The notes beneath the pieces were generated by a model, which was not told the DNA's origin, did not search any database, and saw only the letters and a program-made list of their open reading frames with translations. Position numbers and translations under genes: made by a program. Below, piece by piece: positions 40,038 to 50,051 of a DNA stretch of 64,000 nt (positions within the stretch are counted from its first letter, which is position 1; every line of letters starts with the position of its first letter). The stretch covers positions 1,135-65,134 of the forward strand of contig JADILZ010000041.1 in NCBI GenBank assembly GCA_017695065.1, in the 5' to 3' direction. The DNA is from Candidatus Cryptobacteroides excrementipullorum (GTDB lineage Bacteria; Bacteroidota; Bacteroidia; Bacteroidales; UBA932).

Positions 40038-42209
40038 TCAGAATTTTAAGGTGTAGCTGAAGGACGGTATGATCGGGAATATCGCCCGTCCGGTCCCGTA
40101 GAGGCTCTTGTCCTCGCGTTCATTGACGGCGACAAAGACGACATTCTTCCTGCAGTATGCGTTGTATATACCTATGTTCCAGATGTGCTCCTTGCCTCTC
40201 TTTGACACCTTCCTGAAATTTGCCCCGAGGTCGAGACGGTGGTAGTCGGGCAGGTTGACATTGTTCGGTCTGGTGTATATGCGGTCAAACACCTCTCCCG
40301 GGTTGTAGATGTGGGTGGCGACGGTCATCCACCCGCCGCTGTTGTAGTTCCACGAGGCATAGAGGTCCACCGCCCTGCTGACTTTCCACCTGAGCGCCAG
40401 GGTGAGCTTGTGCCTGTTGTCATACCTGTGCGGATACCAGTCATGCCAGAGCGCATCAAATCTCCTCTGGCTCCAGGAAAGGGTGTAGTATGCTGTCATC
40501 CAGAGCTTTTCGGAGCTCCATCCGAACTCCGTCTCAAGGCCGTAGGAACGGCCTTTCCCTTTGTTGAAAGATGTCTCCCATGTGTCGAGCGGAGGGAAGA
40601 GCGTGTTTGCTCCGGAGTATTCGATAAGGTTGTCCATGGTCTTGTACCATCCTTCGATGTTCAGCCTGAAATTGTGCGGCAGTGTGCAGTATATTCCTCC
40701 GGCGACCTGCCTGGAATGCATCGGGGCGATTTCGGGTGTGGACGGGAGCCAGCAGTTTGTCGGGATGTCCAGGTATGTGGTCGAGACCAGATGAGCGAAC
40801 TGGTTCATTTCTGTGTATGATACCTTCAGGTCCACGCCGCTGCAGCACTCCACGCTCAGGGAGACCCTGGGCTCCAGTCTGTTCCATATCTTCCCGGATA
40901 CCCCGTACAGCGCGTATCTGAGTCCGAGGTCCACTGACAGCCTGTCCAGAAGCGTTATCCCGTCCTCTGCATAGAGGGCGAACTCGCTCCCGGTATAGTG
41001 CCTGGACGAGCTGCTCTCGTCCTGCACCGTGCCGTTTGTCACGGTGCTGTGCCTTGAAGGGTCGTATATATGGAACTGATACGAGGCCCCGAATCTGACA
41101 TGATGCGACCTGAGAGGCCGCCAGCTGAAATCGGTATTCCATGCTATGTCGTTGACCCTGGAATAGTTGGTCTCGTCCATTGAATTGTTTTGCTCGGTCT
41201 TGTCGTATTCCCACGAGTGCCACCGGTACTGTACGTCGGCATTGCTGCCCGTGTAGTACAGCACGCTTTTCATCTTCAGGTTGTCAAGTATCCTGTACCT
41301 CCAGTTCAGCGAGGCGAGGGTGTTGCCCCAGGCAATGTCTGTATGGAGGTTGTCCGTACCTGATACCGTGATGTATTCCCCGTCTTCGTAAATGTTTTCG
41401 GACTGCTGTGTGTCCAGTTTAAGTTTCAGGTGGTCCCGTCCGTGGTAGAATTTCAGGGACAGGATGTTGTCTTCGCTGAACTTGTGCGTGAGGGATGCGT
41501 TCATGTCGTAGAACGAGTATGTCCCGCCTATGGTCTCGCCGTTCTTGTTCCTTCTGTTCACTATCGAGATGACCGGAGCAAGCACCGCGTCCATCCAGCT
41601 CCGTCTGAAGGCCAGGTTGAATGATGTCTTTCCTTTTATTATCGGCCCTTCGAACTGGAGGCGGCCGTCGATGAGCCCGATCATGAATGTCCCACGGTAT
41701 TTCTCGAAATCCCCGTCTCGTGTGGTGATATCCACCACAGAGCTCATCCTTCCGCCGTATCTGGCCGGGAATCCGCTCTTGTAGAAATCCAGGTGTCTGA
41801 CGATGTCTGTGTTGAAAGAGGAGAACAGCCCGCCCAGGTGGCTTATCTGGTACATCGGCACCCCGTCAAGAAGGAAAAGGTTGTCGGAACCCTCTCCGCC
41901 ATGGACGTAGAGCCCTGACATGAGTTCGGTCCCGGAGCTGACTCCGGGCAGGTTCTGCAGTGTCTTTATCAGGTCAGGGGAGCTGAACACCACGTTGCCG
42001 TATATGAAGTCGGCTTCTTCCAGCCGCGTATGGCCTGTCTGGCTGCGTGCCGTTTCCTCCACATATTTGTCAGCCGTGATTTTCGCCTCCGTGATGCTGT
42101 CCCTCTTTTCTTCGACCTTCAGCGTGTCCTGAGGTGCGGCGGCCGTACAGACCGCAGTGCCGGATACAAACAGCAATACTGCGCAAATCACGTTTAAGAA
42201 ATGTATCAT
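40038..42209 (-). CDS. TonB-dependent outer membrane receptor
   Basis: Signal peptide, plug-domain block (LQNLPGVSSG...LYVHGG...NLFLLDGVPMY), a long beta-barrel and a C-terminal aromatic residue (F). Confidence 0.85.
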   Translation of the reverse strand: MIHFLNVICAVLLFVSGTAVCTAAAPQDTLKVEEKRDSITEAKITADKYVEETARSQTGHTRLEEADFIYGNVVFSSPDLIKTLQNLPGVSSGTELMSGLYVHGGEGSDNLFLLDGVPMYQISHLGGLFSSFNTDIVRHLDFYKSGFPARYGGRMSSVVDITTRDGDFEKYRGTFMIGLIDGRLQFEGPIIKGKTSFNLAFRRSWMDAVLAPVISIVNRRNKNGETIGGTYSFYDMNASLTHKFSEDNILSLKFYHGRDHLKLKLDTQQSENIYEDGEYITVSGTDNLHTDIAWGNTLASLNWRYRILDNLKMKSVLYYTGSNADVQYRWHSWEYDKTEQNNSMDETNYSRVNDIAWNTDFSWRPLRSHHVRFGASYQFHIYDPSRHSTVTNGTVQDESSSSRHYTGSEFALYAEDGITLLDRLSVDLGLRYALYGVSGKIWNRLEPRVSLSVECCSGVDLKVSYTEMNQFAHLVSTTYLDIPTNCWLPSTPEIAPMHSRQVAGGIYCTLPHNFRLNIEGWYKTMDNLIEYSGANTLFPPLDTWETSFNKGKGRSYGLETEFGWSSEKLWMTAYYTLSWSQRRFDALWHDWYPHRYDNRHKLTLALRWKVSRAVDLYASWNYNSGGWMTVATHIYNPGEVFDRIYTRPNNVNLPDYHRLDLGANFRKVSKRGKEHIWNIGIYNAYCRKNVVFVAVNEREDKSLYGTGRAIFPIIPSFSYTLKF

Positions 42210-42408
42210 CAGTTAAACAGATTACCGTTGGTTGTCAGAGGGTTGCCCTGAAAGTTCCGCTGGGCGCCCCTGCAAAGGCGGTAAAGATACGATTTTTTAT
42301 AAAAAAAGATGTAATGGCAACTAAGAGATTTTTTTGCGGACAGGTAATAAAAAAAAATTGTAATTTTGAAAAATTTGTCGGATTGACTTTATTGAAAAGT
42401 GATTTTAT

Positions 42409-44364
42409 ATGTATATGAATTGTCCAACTGTTGTTCTTACGGCTCTTCTGGCGTCATTGCCTGTTTTCGGGCAGGGCAGAGGAGACGGACCTGTGCTCTC
42501 CAGTCCGGAATTCGCAGGCGCTGACTGTGTGGTGCTGCTCGACAGCACAGCGGTCCAGGTGTCCGAGACCGGATCCGGTAGCTTCACTATCCACAGAAAA
42601 TTCAAGGTGCAGACCGAGGCAGGTGCTGTGGCCAACCATGTGGTAAGGTATGATTATGATCCTCTTACGGCTTTTGCCGAGTTCCGGCACGCTACTGTCC
42701 ACAAGGCTGACGGGACGGCGGAAAACATTGACATAGAAGAGGCTGCGTATGACTATGCCGCTCCGGCAAGGGCTATATACTGGGGCGCGAGGCAGATAAT
42801 GCTCGACCTGGGAAGGCTGGAGCCGGGTGATGTGGTCGAATACGAGATTTCAAAGAAAGGGTTCACATACGCCCTCCTGTCAGACGGTCAGGACGACTCC
42901 CGTTTCATCCCTCCGATGCGCGGGCAGTTCTATGACATAGTGCCTTTCTGGGTGTCCGATCCGACGGTACGCAAGGTTTACCGGGTGTCTGTCCCGATGT
43001 CTAAGGAAATGCAGTTCCAGTTCTATCAGGGAGAGTGCACTTCTTCAGTACGTTTCGGGGACGGCTGCAGGATATACACGTTCTCCAAGGACGGGATTCT
43101 CCCGTTCAGGAGGGAGCCCAATATGGTGGATCTTTACGATGCTGCCCCGAAGCTGATGATGTCATCCACCTCGAGCTGGAAGGACAAGTCGTTGTGGTTC
43201 AATAAAGTCAATGAGGACTACGGAAGTTTCGAGCCTACTCCTGAGGCTCAGGCGAAAGTGGACTGGCTGATCAGGGGGAAGAAGACCGAGATGGAGAAGA
43301 TATCCGTCCTTACGCACTGGGTGGCCGACAATATCCGGTATGCCGGCATCACTATGGGCAAGGGAGAGGGCTATACCCTGCACAAGACAGAAATGAACTT
43401 CACTGACCGATGCGGTGTATGCAAGGACATAGCCGGGACGCTGATTTCGTTCCTGAGGATGGCCGGGTTCGAGGCCTATCCTGCGATGACAATGGCAGGA
43501 AGCCGTGTGGAGTCCATTCCAGCCGACCATTTCAACCACTGTGTCGCCGTGGTCAAGCTCTCGGACGGGACTTATATGCCGCTCGACCCTACGTGGGTGC
43601 CGTTCTGCAGGGAGCTGTGGAGCAGCGCCGAGCAGCAGCAGAACTACCTGCCGGGTGTCCCTGAGGGCTCTGACCTGTGCATGACTCCTGTTTCGGCTCC
43701 GGAAAACCACTATGTCCGCATCAAGGCCGACAACAGGCTTTCCGCCGACGGTATTCTCACAGGTACGTTCACGATATCGGCTGAGGGCCAGTCCGACAGC
43801 AACATACGCCGCATCTTCACCACAGGTTGGCAGAGCGACTGGAAACGCTCCATGGAGAGCCAGCTTCTTGCTGTCTCTCCCAATGCGAGGCTTCTCGGTG
43901 TGGACTGGGGGAAAGACCCCAAAGACTACCAGGCCGCTCCGATAAAGATCACTTTCCGGTATGAAATCCCGGGCTATGCGCTGAAGGGTGACGGAGAGCT
44001 TCTTTTCAAGCCGATGGTAATGAACAACCTTTACAACCAGGTGAAATCATACCTCCGCATAGATACCGGCAAGGAGGAGCGCAGGTACGGGTTCAAGGAT
44101 TCGTGCTCACGCCTGGTGGAACTGGACGAGACTGTACAGCTTCCGGACGGATATGTGATGGAGACTGCACCGAGGTCTGACAACATGACAGGCGTGGCGG
44201 CTGATTTCGAGGGTTCCCTTACATCCTCAGGCGGAACAGTGGCGCTTCATCAGAGACTCGCCCTGAAAAAGCGTGTGTATGAGGCCGCTGACTGGGACAA
44301 CTTCCGTGAAGCCGTGGATACGCACAAGTCTTATGGAGATTATATCATACTGAAACAGAACTGA
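42409..44364 (+). CDS. DUF3857 + transglutaminase-like domain protein
   Basis: Signal peptide and a transglutaminase core Cys context (RCGVCKDIAGTLISFLRMAGFEAY...HFNH). Architecture matches Bacteroidetes DUF3857/TGase proteins. Confidence 0.7.
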   Translation: MYMNCPTVVLTALLASLPVFGQGRGDGPVLSSPEFAGADCVVLLDSTAVQVSETGSGSFTIHRKFKVQTEAGAVANHVVRYDYDPLTAFAEFRHATVHKADGTAENIDIEEAAYDYAAPARAIYWGARQIMLDLGRLEPGDVVEYEISKKGFTYALLSDGQDDSRFIPPMRGQFYDIVPFWVSDPTVRKVYRVSVPMSKEMQFQFYQGECTSSVRFGDGCRIYTFSKDGILPFRREPNMVDLYDAAPKLMMSSTSSWKDKSLWFNKVNEDYGSFEPTPEAQAKVDWLIRGKKTEMEKISVLTHWVADNIRYAGITMGKGEGYTLHKTEMNFTDRCGVCKDIAGTLISFLRMAGFEAYPAMTMAGSRVESIPADHFNHCVAVVKLSDGTYMPLDPTWVPFCRELWSSAEQQQNYLPGVPEGSDLCMTPVSAPENHYVRIKADNRLSADGILTGTFTISAEGQSDSNIRRIFTTGWQSDWKRSMESQLLAVSPNARLLGVDWGKDPKDYQAAPIKITFRYEIPGYALKGDGELLFKPMVMNNLYNQVKSYLRIDTGKEERRYGFKDSCSRLVELDETVQLPDGYVMETAPRSDNMTGVAADFEGSLTSSGGTVALHQRLALKKRVYEAADWDNFREAVDTHKSYGDYIILKQN

Positions 44365-44371
44365 CAGGATT

Positions 44372-46120
44372 ATGAAACATATCATATATAAGATCATGGC
44401 AGCCGCCATCCTGCTGACTTTGGCTGCTCTGTACGCGGACGCCGCTCCGGCTTCCGAGGCGGAATACAGGAAGCTGTCAAAAGCCTGGACACTGAATCCT
44501 GACGGCAGTCAGGAATACCGCTTCAGCATGGAGCTGACACTTTTCACCCATACCGCCATGAACAGTACGTATGGAGAGAGTTTTATCGTATATGACCCTG
44601 AATACCAGACACTGAATATTAATTCCTCCTATACTGTCCGCAAGGACGGGACCATAGTGGAGACCCCGCCCAACGCCTTTGTGGAAGTCCTCCCCGCGGC
44701 CGCTGCCGGCGCTCCTGCATACAACCGTCTGAAAGAGATGGTCGTAGTCCATACAGGACTGGAGCTTGGTGCGACCATTGTCCTGGACTATACCGTCACG
44801 AGCAAGGCCGGGTATCTCCCGGGACTTGACATATCCGGGCCTGTGGAGCAGTCTTCCCCTGTGAGGGAATATACGCTCTCGGTATCAGTACCGGAGGGGA
44901 CTGCCCTGGATTACAGCCTATCAGACCTCAGGACGAAGCCTTCCGAAGACTCTTCCGCAGGTCTCAGGACCTTGACATGGAAGCTGCGCAATGTGAAGGC
45001 CGCCTCTCGTCTTCCGGATACATATCACTTTGATTCTCCGTATTTTGAAGCCAATACCCTTGCTTCTTTAGGTGCTGTGGCAGGCATAGTTTCCAGACAG
45101 CTTGACGATGGGGAGAGCAGCCCTGTCCTGAAGTCACTTGCAGCGGAAATCACCCGGGACGCCTCTGACGATACAGGAAAGCTGAAAGCCATATATGCCC
45201 ATATCCGCAACGGATATGCCCACATACCTCTCGGGCTGGGGACATGCGGCTACAGGATACGCCCGGCGGAAGAGGTGGCTGGCTCTGCATACGGCACAGA
45301 TGCCGAGCTGGTAAATGTGCTCCAGGGGCTTCTTGAAGCCGCGGGGCTGGAGGCTGATGTATGCGCGGCCTATGCCAGGCCGGATACGGCTGGGGCTGGG
45401 CTTGCCGGCCTGTCTCTGTATGTCCGTACTGAAGCAGACGGGCGGGAATATATGCTCGGCCCTTCGACACAGGCCACACGCAGGATAGCCCTGCTGAGGC
45501 AGTACTGCCCTGCATTGGACCTGTCTGCAGGAGAGGTGGAACCTCCTGCATATCAGGATGCTGCGATTACAGGCATATACGATATGACACTTGAGGGGGA
45601 CAGGGTTTCAGTAAGGAGCGAGGTGTCCGTATCCGACTTTTTCCTTGATCCGGAGGGCACAGCTGCAGGGATGATTACATCAGGGGACAGTGACGCTGCC
45701 GTTACACGCTCAGGGAAGTCCTCCTCGTTTGCATGGTCTTCAGGACATGATGCGGAAAGGGCAGGGGAGTATATGATAGTCCATCTGCCGGACTGCCCGT
45801 TCGGAGCGGCCCATGACACTTGGCTGTACGGAGGAAGCGCGCGTGACATCACCCTTACCCTGCCGGCTGCGTATGACGAGTCGTACACGTACCGCATCTC
45901 CCTCGGGGACAAGACCTTGTGCACTCCGGAGACGACCCTGGAAATCAGCAATGATGCCGGATTTCTCGAGATTTCCGTCAAGGAGGAGGACGGCTGCGCA
46001 GTGGTGACCCGCACCCTGAAACTGTCCGGCCCGCAGATCAGTCCTGACGTATATCCGGACTACCTGGAGCTTATGAGGGTATGGTCGGACCATAACCGTA
46101 CTTCAGTATTGCTGAAATAG
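44372..46120 (+). CDS. DUF3857/DUF3858-like secreted protein (paralogous partner of the preceding gene, no catalytic Cys motif recognised)
   Basis: Signal peptide. It starts 7 nt after the upstream stop and has the same overall layout as the upstream gene. Confidence 0.55.
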   Translation: MKHIIYKIMAAAILLTLAALYADAAPASEAEYRKLSKAWTLNPDGSQEYRFSMELTLFTHTAMNSTYGESFIVYDPEYQTLNINSSYTVRKDGTIVETPPNAFVEVLPAAAAGAPAYNRLKEMVVVHTGLELGATIVLDYTVTSKAGYLPGLDISGPVEQSSPVREYTLSVSVPEGTALDYSLSDLRTKPSEDSSAGLRTLTWKLRNVKAASRLPDTYHFDSPYFEANTLASLGAVAGIVSRQLDDGESSPVLKSLAAEITRDASDDTGKLKAIYAHIRNGYAHIPLGLGTCGYRIRPAEEVAGSAYGTDAELVNVLQGLLEAAGLEADVCAAYARPDTAGAGLAGLSLYVRTEADGREYMLGPSTQATRRIALLRQYCPALDLSAGEVEPPAYQDAAITGIYDMTLEGDRVSVRSEVSVSDFFLDPEGTAAGMITSGDSDAAVTRSGKSSSFAWSSGHDAERAGEYMIVHLPDCPFGAAHDTWLYGGSARDITLTLPAAYDESYTYRISLGDKTLCTPETTLEISNDAGFLEISVKEEDGCAVVTRTLKLSGPQISPDVYPDYLELMRVWSDHNRTSVLLK

Positions 46121-46190
46121 ATAAGTGATTAATTATAAAAGTTTTTTAAATAAATTAATCCGTCATTACGACGCTTGAACAATCAAAGAA

Positions 46191-46688
46191 ATGAAAAAAA
46201 TTCTTGTAATCCTGCTCTCCGCACTCATCGCATTGCCTGCATTCGCCCAGGAGAGCCTGAAAAAAGTGTATGATGAAAGCATCGACCCGATGGAGCAGAT
46301 AGACAACGCTCTTCAGAAGGCAGGAGCCGAGGGCAAGTTCGTTGTCTGCCAGGTGGGCGGGAACTGGTGCCCGTGGTGCCTGCGCTTCGCTGATTTCATC
46401 ACAAAGGACGTTGAGATAAGCGAGCTGATAGACAATAATTTCGTTTACATCCACGTGAATTACAACCCGCGCAAATCGTCCGGCAACTCTGCTGAGACTG
46501 CCGCGATGATGAAACGTCTGGGTAACCCAGCCCGCTTCGGTTTCCCTGTCTTCGTGGTCCTGGACGCGGGCGGTAATGTCCTCCACATCCAGGATTCCGG
46601 CCTTCTGGAAAAGGACAAGAGCTATGACCGCGCCAAAGTCCTCCGCTTCTTCGGCAACTGGACCCCGGACGCCGTGAAGGGCAAGTAA
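46191..46688 (+). CDS. secreted thioredoxin-fold protein
   Basis: Signal peptide and the WCPWC active site (GGNWCPWCLRF). Confidence 0.8.
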   Translation: MKKILVILLSALIALPAFAQESLKKVYDESIDPMEQIDNALQKAGAEGKFVVCQVGGNWCPWCLRFADFITKDVEISELIDNNFVYIHVNYNPRKSSGNSAETAAMMKRLGNPARFGFPVFVVLDAGGNVLHIQDSGLLEKDKSYDRAKVLRFFGNWTPDAVKGK

Positions 46689-46710
46689 ATCGTTGTACAG
46701 AGGTTATCCT

Positions 46711-46857
46711 ATGAAACAGATAGAGGTGGTAGCCGCCGTGATAAAGGACGGCAACAGGATTTTCGCGACACAGCGAGGATACGGTGAATTCAAGGATATG
46801 TGGGAATTCCCCGGCGGGAAAGTCCCACTTGAAAGTAAGAGCAAGTCGTTGAAATGA
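46711..46857 (+). pseudogene. 5' fragment of a Nudix (MutT-like) hydrolase gene, truncated after codon 38
   Basis: Translates MKQIEVVAAVIKDGNRIFATQRGYGEFKDMWEFPGGKV, then unrelated PLESKSKSLK*. The first 38 residues align with the N-terminus of the intact Nudix CDS at 59511-59903 (MKTIEVVAAIIRKDDKIFATQRGYGEWKDYWEAPGGKV). Confidence 0.7.
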
Positions 46858-46958
46858 TTTGGAAGGCTAATTATTGCATAACTACCTACTAATCAACGCC
46901 TACAAGCCGCTAATTCCAAATCTACCTCTTACAACAAATTTCAATAGCTAGCCATTAT

Positions 46959-46986
46959 GGGGACAAAAATAATTGTTTTTGTCCCC
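46959..46986. repeat. perfect 11-bp inverted repeat (GGGGACAAAAA-TAATTG-TTTTTGTCCCC) 41 nt upstream of the integrase start
   Basis: Read directly from the sequence. A TAnnTTTG box (TACCTTTG, 46996-47003) follows. Confidence 0.7.
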
Positions 46987-47026
46987 GCTATTTTGTACCT
47001 TTGTAGTAGAAAAAATAGACTGGATT

Positions 47027-48391
47027 ATGGCATCAGTGACGCTCACTCTTTCGTCCAAGACGAACAAAGACACCGGCAAGGCGGAAGTCCTCCTCCGCTA
47101 CCGCAATACTCGTGCGGTGGCCCTTCGCGGCCACTCCCGCACCTTCATCCTTCCCAAATTCTTCGTGGATGGAAAAATCGTCATCAAAGCCCGTGTCATC
47201 ACCCCGGAAATCCAGGAAGCCCTTGATGCCAAATCCCAGGTGGACCTCATAAGTGCCCACGTCATCGACAAAGGCAACAGCATCCCCGTAGAGGACTTCA
47301 CCCAAGACTGGCTGCAGGATACCATCGACCGCTACCTCTATCCGGAGAAATACATAGAAGATGAAGACACCGCCCTTGCCTTCCAGGACAAAACGGCCGA
47401 TTATCTCAAATACACCAAACTGTCAAAAAAGAGAGAGGAAAACTACGGCATCATCTTCCAGATTGTCTATAGATACGAGATGTACTCCGGCAAACGCCTG
47501 ATGCTGGACACCATGACCCCGGAAGATCTCTCCGCCATCGAAGAGTTCATGCGCACCGAACATACCCTCTTCACCGTCACCGGAAAATACTTTCACCGCA
47601 AATTCAAGCCGGTTCCGCGCTACGAATACACCTGGACGCACACCGTCCACGGTCGCGCCCCGCTTGGAAGGAGTGAGAATTCCATCGTTTATTATATGAA
47701 GGCTATCCGTGCCTACTGGCACTGGCTGCTGGACATGGGTTACACCACCAACAATCCCTTCAAACAATACTCCACAGGCTCCCAGAATTATGGCACGCCC
47801 TACTACCTCACCACCGAGGAAAGAGACATCTATTACAAAGCAAAGCTGGATGACGAAGAGCTTGCTCTTGCCCGCGACATATTCGTCTTCCAGTGCTACG
47901 TAGGCTGCCGTATCAGTGACCTGTTCAACCTCACTCCGGAAAACATCGTCAAGAGCCCCAACGGACTCTCCGTACAATACATTCCGGAGAAGACCAAGAA
48001 AGACCGCCAGCGCACCGTCAAGGTCTATCTGGCCCCCACCGCCATTGAGATTATGAAGCGCCACAAGGGCGAAGATCCGGAGCACCTCTTCCCCCGTATG
48101 CATAACTGGAAGCTTAACACCTCCATCCGGGAAGGGCTGCATGAAGCCGGTATCGACCGCGTGGTCACCACAATCAATCCAAAGACCGGAGCCTCCGAGC
48201 AGCACCCCATTTGTGACGTAGCCAGCTCCCACATGGCCCGCCGTACCTTCATCGGCAACCTCTACAAGAAAGTAAAAGACCCCAACCTCGTCGGAAAACT
48301 CTCCGGCCACTGCGAGGGCTCCCGTGCCTTCGCCCGCTACCGCGACATCGACGATGATATGATCAAGGAAATGACTGACCTGCTCGATTAA
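47027..48391 (+). CDS. tyrosine-type site-specific integrase (Bacteroides mobile-element type)
   Basis: Catalytic residues in context: GCRISDL (Arg I), SHMARRTF (His-x-x-Arg), GHCEGSRAFARY (His/Tyr). The N-terminal arm-type domain starts MASVTLTL at ATG 47027. Confidence 0.9.
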   Translation: MASVTLTLSSKTNKDTGKAEVLLRYRNTRAVALRGHSRTFILPKFFVDGKIVIKARVITPEIQEALDAKSQVDLISAHVIDKGNSIPVEDFTQDWLQDTIDRYLYPEKYIEDEDTALAFQDKTADYLKYTKLSKKREENYGIIFQIVYRYEMYSGKRLMLDTMTPEDLSAIEEFMRTEHTLFTVTGKYFHRKFKPVPRYEYTWTHTVHGRAPLGRSENSIVYYMKAIRAYWHWLLDMGYTTNNPFKQYSTGSQNYGTPYYLTTEERDIYYKAKLDDEELALARDIFVFQCYVGCRISDLFNLTPENIVKSPNGLSVQYIPEKTKKDRQRTVKVYLAPTAIEIMKRHKGEDPEHLFPRMHNWKLNTSIREGLHEAGIDRVVTTINPKTGASEQHPICDVASSHMARRTFIGNLYKKVKDPNLVGKLSGHCEGSRAFARYRDIDDDMIKEMTDLLD

Positions 48392-48395
48392 AGAT

Positions 48396-49265
48396 ATGAA
48401 TCCGATATTCAACTCCCTGAAGGCCCTCTCAGCGGCGGCAAACGAAGTCCTGCCGCTGCTGGAGACCCACGACTACCGCGAAGAAGCCAAGCACGTCAAG
48501 GACGCGAAACTGCCGCTGAGGATGATGCCCAAAACCATCCAGGAGATCTTCAACTCCGTGATGCGCTACATCATCCCCGTAATGGGCGACGAAGACCCGC
48601 TTCCCGGCGATGCCCTTCTGACCAGCGACAACATGACCATCTTCTCCGACAACCTCACCGTCACCGGAGACACACAGCTGGCCCATCAGTTCCAGTTCGT
48701 CCAGATAGAGCCGATTCAGGCCGTGGCCGACGAATTCACGGAACTCGGCCTACACCAGCAGGCCACGCTCCTGGAGAATGTATGCCGATTCGCACGGACC
48801 ATCCGGCAGGCCCATAACGCCGCTCCTTTCGGCAATACAGGGAGAGACCTCGCCCCGGTTCACTACGTCCTGGCGCTCAGTCCGGAGGAACTCAGCCAGC
48901 GGGAAGAAGAAGACAAGATGCTCTTCACCCAGTTCTGCTCCGTCTTCGTCAAGGACATTTTCTCCCTGGAGCAGAAAAAAGACCTGTACGTCGCCCTGCA
49001 GAACGTCATTGCCGATACCACCGAAAAGAAGCCCCACCTGGTGGTGATGACCGTCATTCTCCTGCTGCGCAACCGGAAGGCATACAAGAGCCCCATCCCG
49101 GGCAAGCTCAACTCCGTCCGCGAAACCGTCTTCCATTCCCTCGGCTTAGACCCCAAGTCCTGCCATACCTACGGCGACAAGTCCATCTTGAGGGGCGGCA
49201 AACCCTCCCTTGAAAAGTACAAACCCAAAGCCGAGGACATTTTGAAATCCACAGTTGGGAACTGA
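48396..49265 (+). CDS. hypothetical protein (289 aa)
   Basis: Starts 4 nt after the integrase stop, shares its GC3-rich codon usage and ends at a terminator. No family was recognised. Confidence 0.5.
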   Translation: MNPIFNSLKALSAAANEVLPLLETHDYREEAKHVKDAKLPLRMMPKTIQEIFNSVMRYIIPVMGDEDPLPGDALLTSDNMTIFSDNLTVTGDTQLAHQFQFVQIEPIQAVADEFTELGLHQQATLLENVCRFARTIRQAHNAAPFGNTGRDLAPVHYVLALSPEELSQREEEDKMLFTQFCSVFVKDIFSLEQKKDLYVALQNVIADTTEKKPHLVVMTVILLLRNRKAYKSPIPGKLNSVRETVFHSLGLDPKSCHTYGDKSILRGGKPSLEKYKPKAEDILKSTVGN

Positions 49266-49306
49266 CCCAAATTCCATTTTTGGAAACTTTGGGCAAAACC
49301 TTTGTA

Positions 49307-49335
49307 AACCGCTTGCTATCAAGCGGTTATTTTTT
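49307..49335 (+). terminator. rho-independent terminator after the int/289-aa ORF unit
   Basis: 9-bp stem AACCGCTTG / CAAGCGGTT with a 4-nt loop, followed by ATTTTTT. Confidence 0.65.
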
Positions 49336-49518
49336 GCGTCAAAATACTTGAAAAAAGATTTTTTGGGAATTTCAAGCCCGTTTTTCAACGCCTTACATTT
49401 GTCATGCATTACGATGGAAACGGAAGTAAAGCAGTCGTTCCGGACGATGTAGCCACTGCCTTCAATGGCAACCGCTTTTACTGCTTCGCGGGTGGCTTAA
49501 CCATTAAATCTAAGCATT

Positions 49519-49848
49519 ATGACGCAAGATTTAATCTCCCTCGCCGAGCAGTATCCGGGCCTTACCGTCCAGATCAAGCTCGATGACCTTCTCAAAGCCG
49601 GTCGAACGCTGACCGGCGAGATCCTGGACTACATCGCCGCCCACGGCGCCCAGGCCCCCGTACCCGCTGCGCAGCAGGACGAACTCCTCACCTGCGAGGA
49701 AGCCTGCCGCAAGCTCAGCGTCTCCAACACCACCTTGTGGCGCATGGCGCAGAGCGGACTCCTCACGCCCGTAAAAGTAGGTGTCCAGAACCGTTACCGG
49801 CTCTCCGACATCGCCGAACTCATCAGCAAAAAAGGAGGCAGGGTATGA
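49519..49848 (+). CDS. excisionase/AlpA/MerR-type helix-turn-helix DNA-binding protein
   Basis: The C-terminal half LLTCEEACRKLSVSNTTLWRMAQSGLLTPVKVGVQNRYRLSDIAELI matches the excisionase-family HTH pattern. Confidence 0.75.
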   Translation: MTQDLISLAEQYPGLTVQIKLDDLLKAGRTLTGEILDYIAAHGAQAPVPAAQQDELLTCEEACRKLSVSNTTLWRMAQSGLLTPVKVGVQNRYRLSDIAELISKKGGRV

Positions 49849-50051
49849 GAAAGCCAATGAAAGGAAGTGAGCTTATGCACCGACTCATCCTCAACGACCC
49901 CAACGACCCGTATGTCCAGCTGTTTCGCCGCTGTCCCTTCGTCCAGATTCTGATGCTCCAGCAGGGTTACATGACCCCCGACGAGCTAACGGACGAAGAG
50001 CGCGAACGCATCGGTAACATCATTGATCTGGAGGACCTGCCCCATGACTAA
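49845..50051 (+). CDS. small hypothetical protein (68 aa)
   Basis: ATGA overlap with the upstream stop and an 8-nt overlap with the downstream start, suggesting translational coupling within the module. Confidence 0.45.
   Translation: MRKPMKGSELMHRLILNDPNDPYVQLFRRCPFVQILMLQQGYMTPDELTDEERERIGNIIDLEDLPHD

Noticed and set aside
39099-46688. The TonB receptor/DUF4249 and DUF3857/DUF3858/thioredoxin cluster, considered as a possible novel system.
   Set aside because: These pairings are widespread conserved Bacteroidetes envelope gene sets. Nothing in the sequence, such as mobility genes or a compositional change, sets this copy apart.
47423-48412. 329-aa minus-strand ORF covering most of the integrase region. 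A similar 395-aa minus-strand ORF lies at 50020-51207.
   Set aside because: They are antisense to plus-strand genes with clear family signatures (tyrosine recombinase catalytic residues, PriCT-2/VirE-like blocks). Their own translations are low-complexity and Gly/Val/Ala/Asp-rich, as expected from reading GC3-rich codons backwards.
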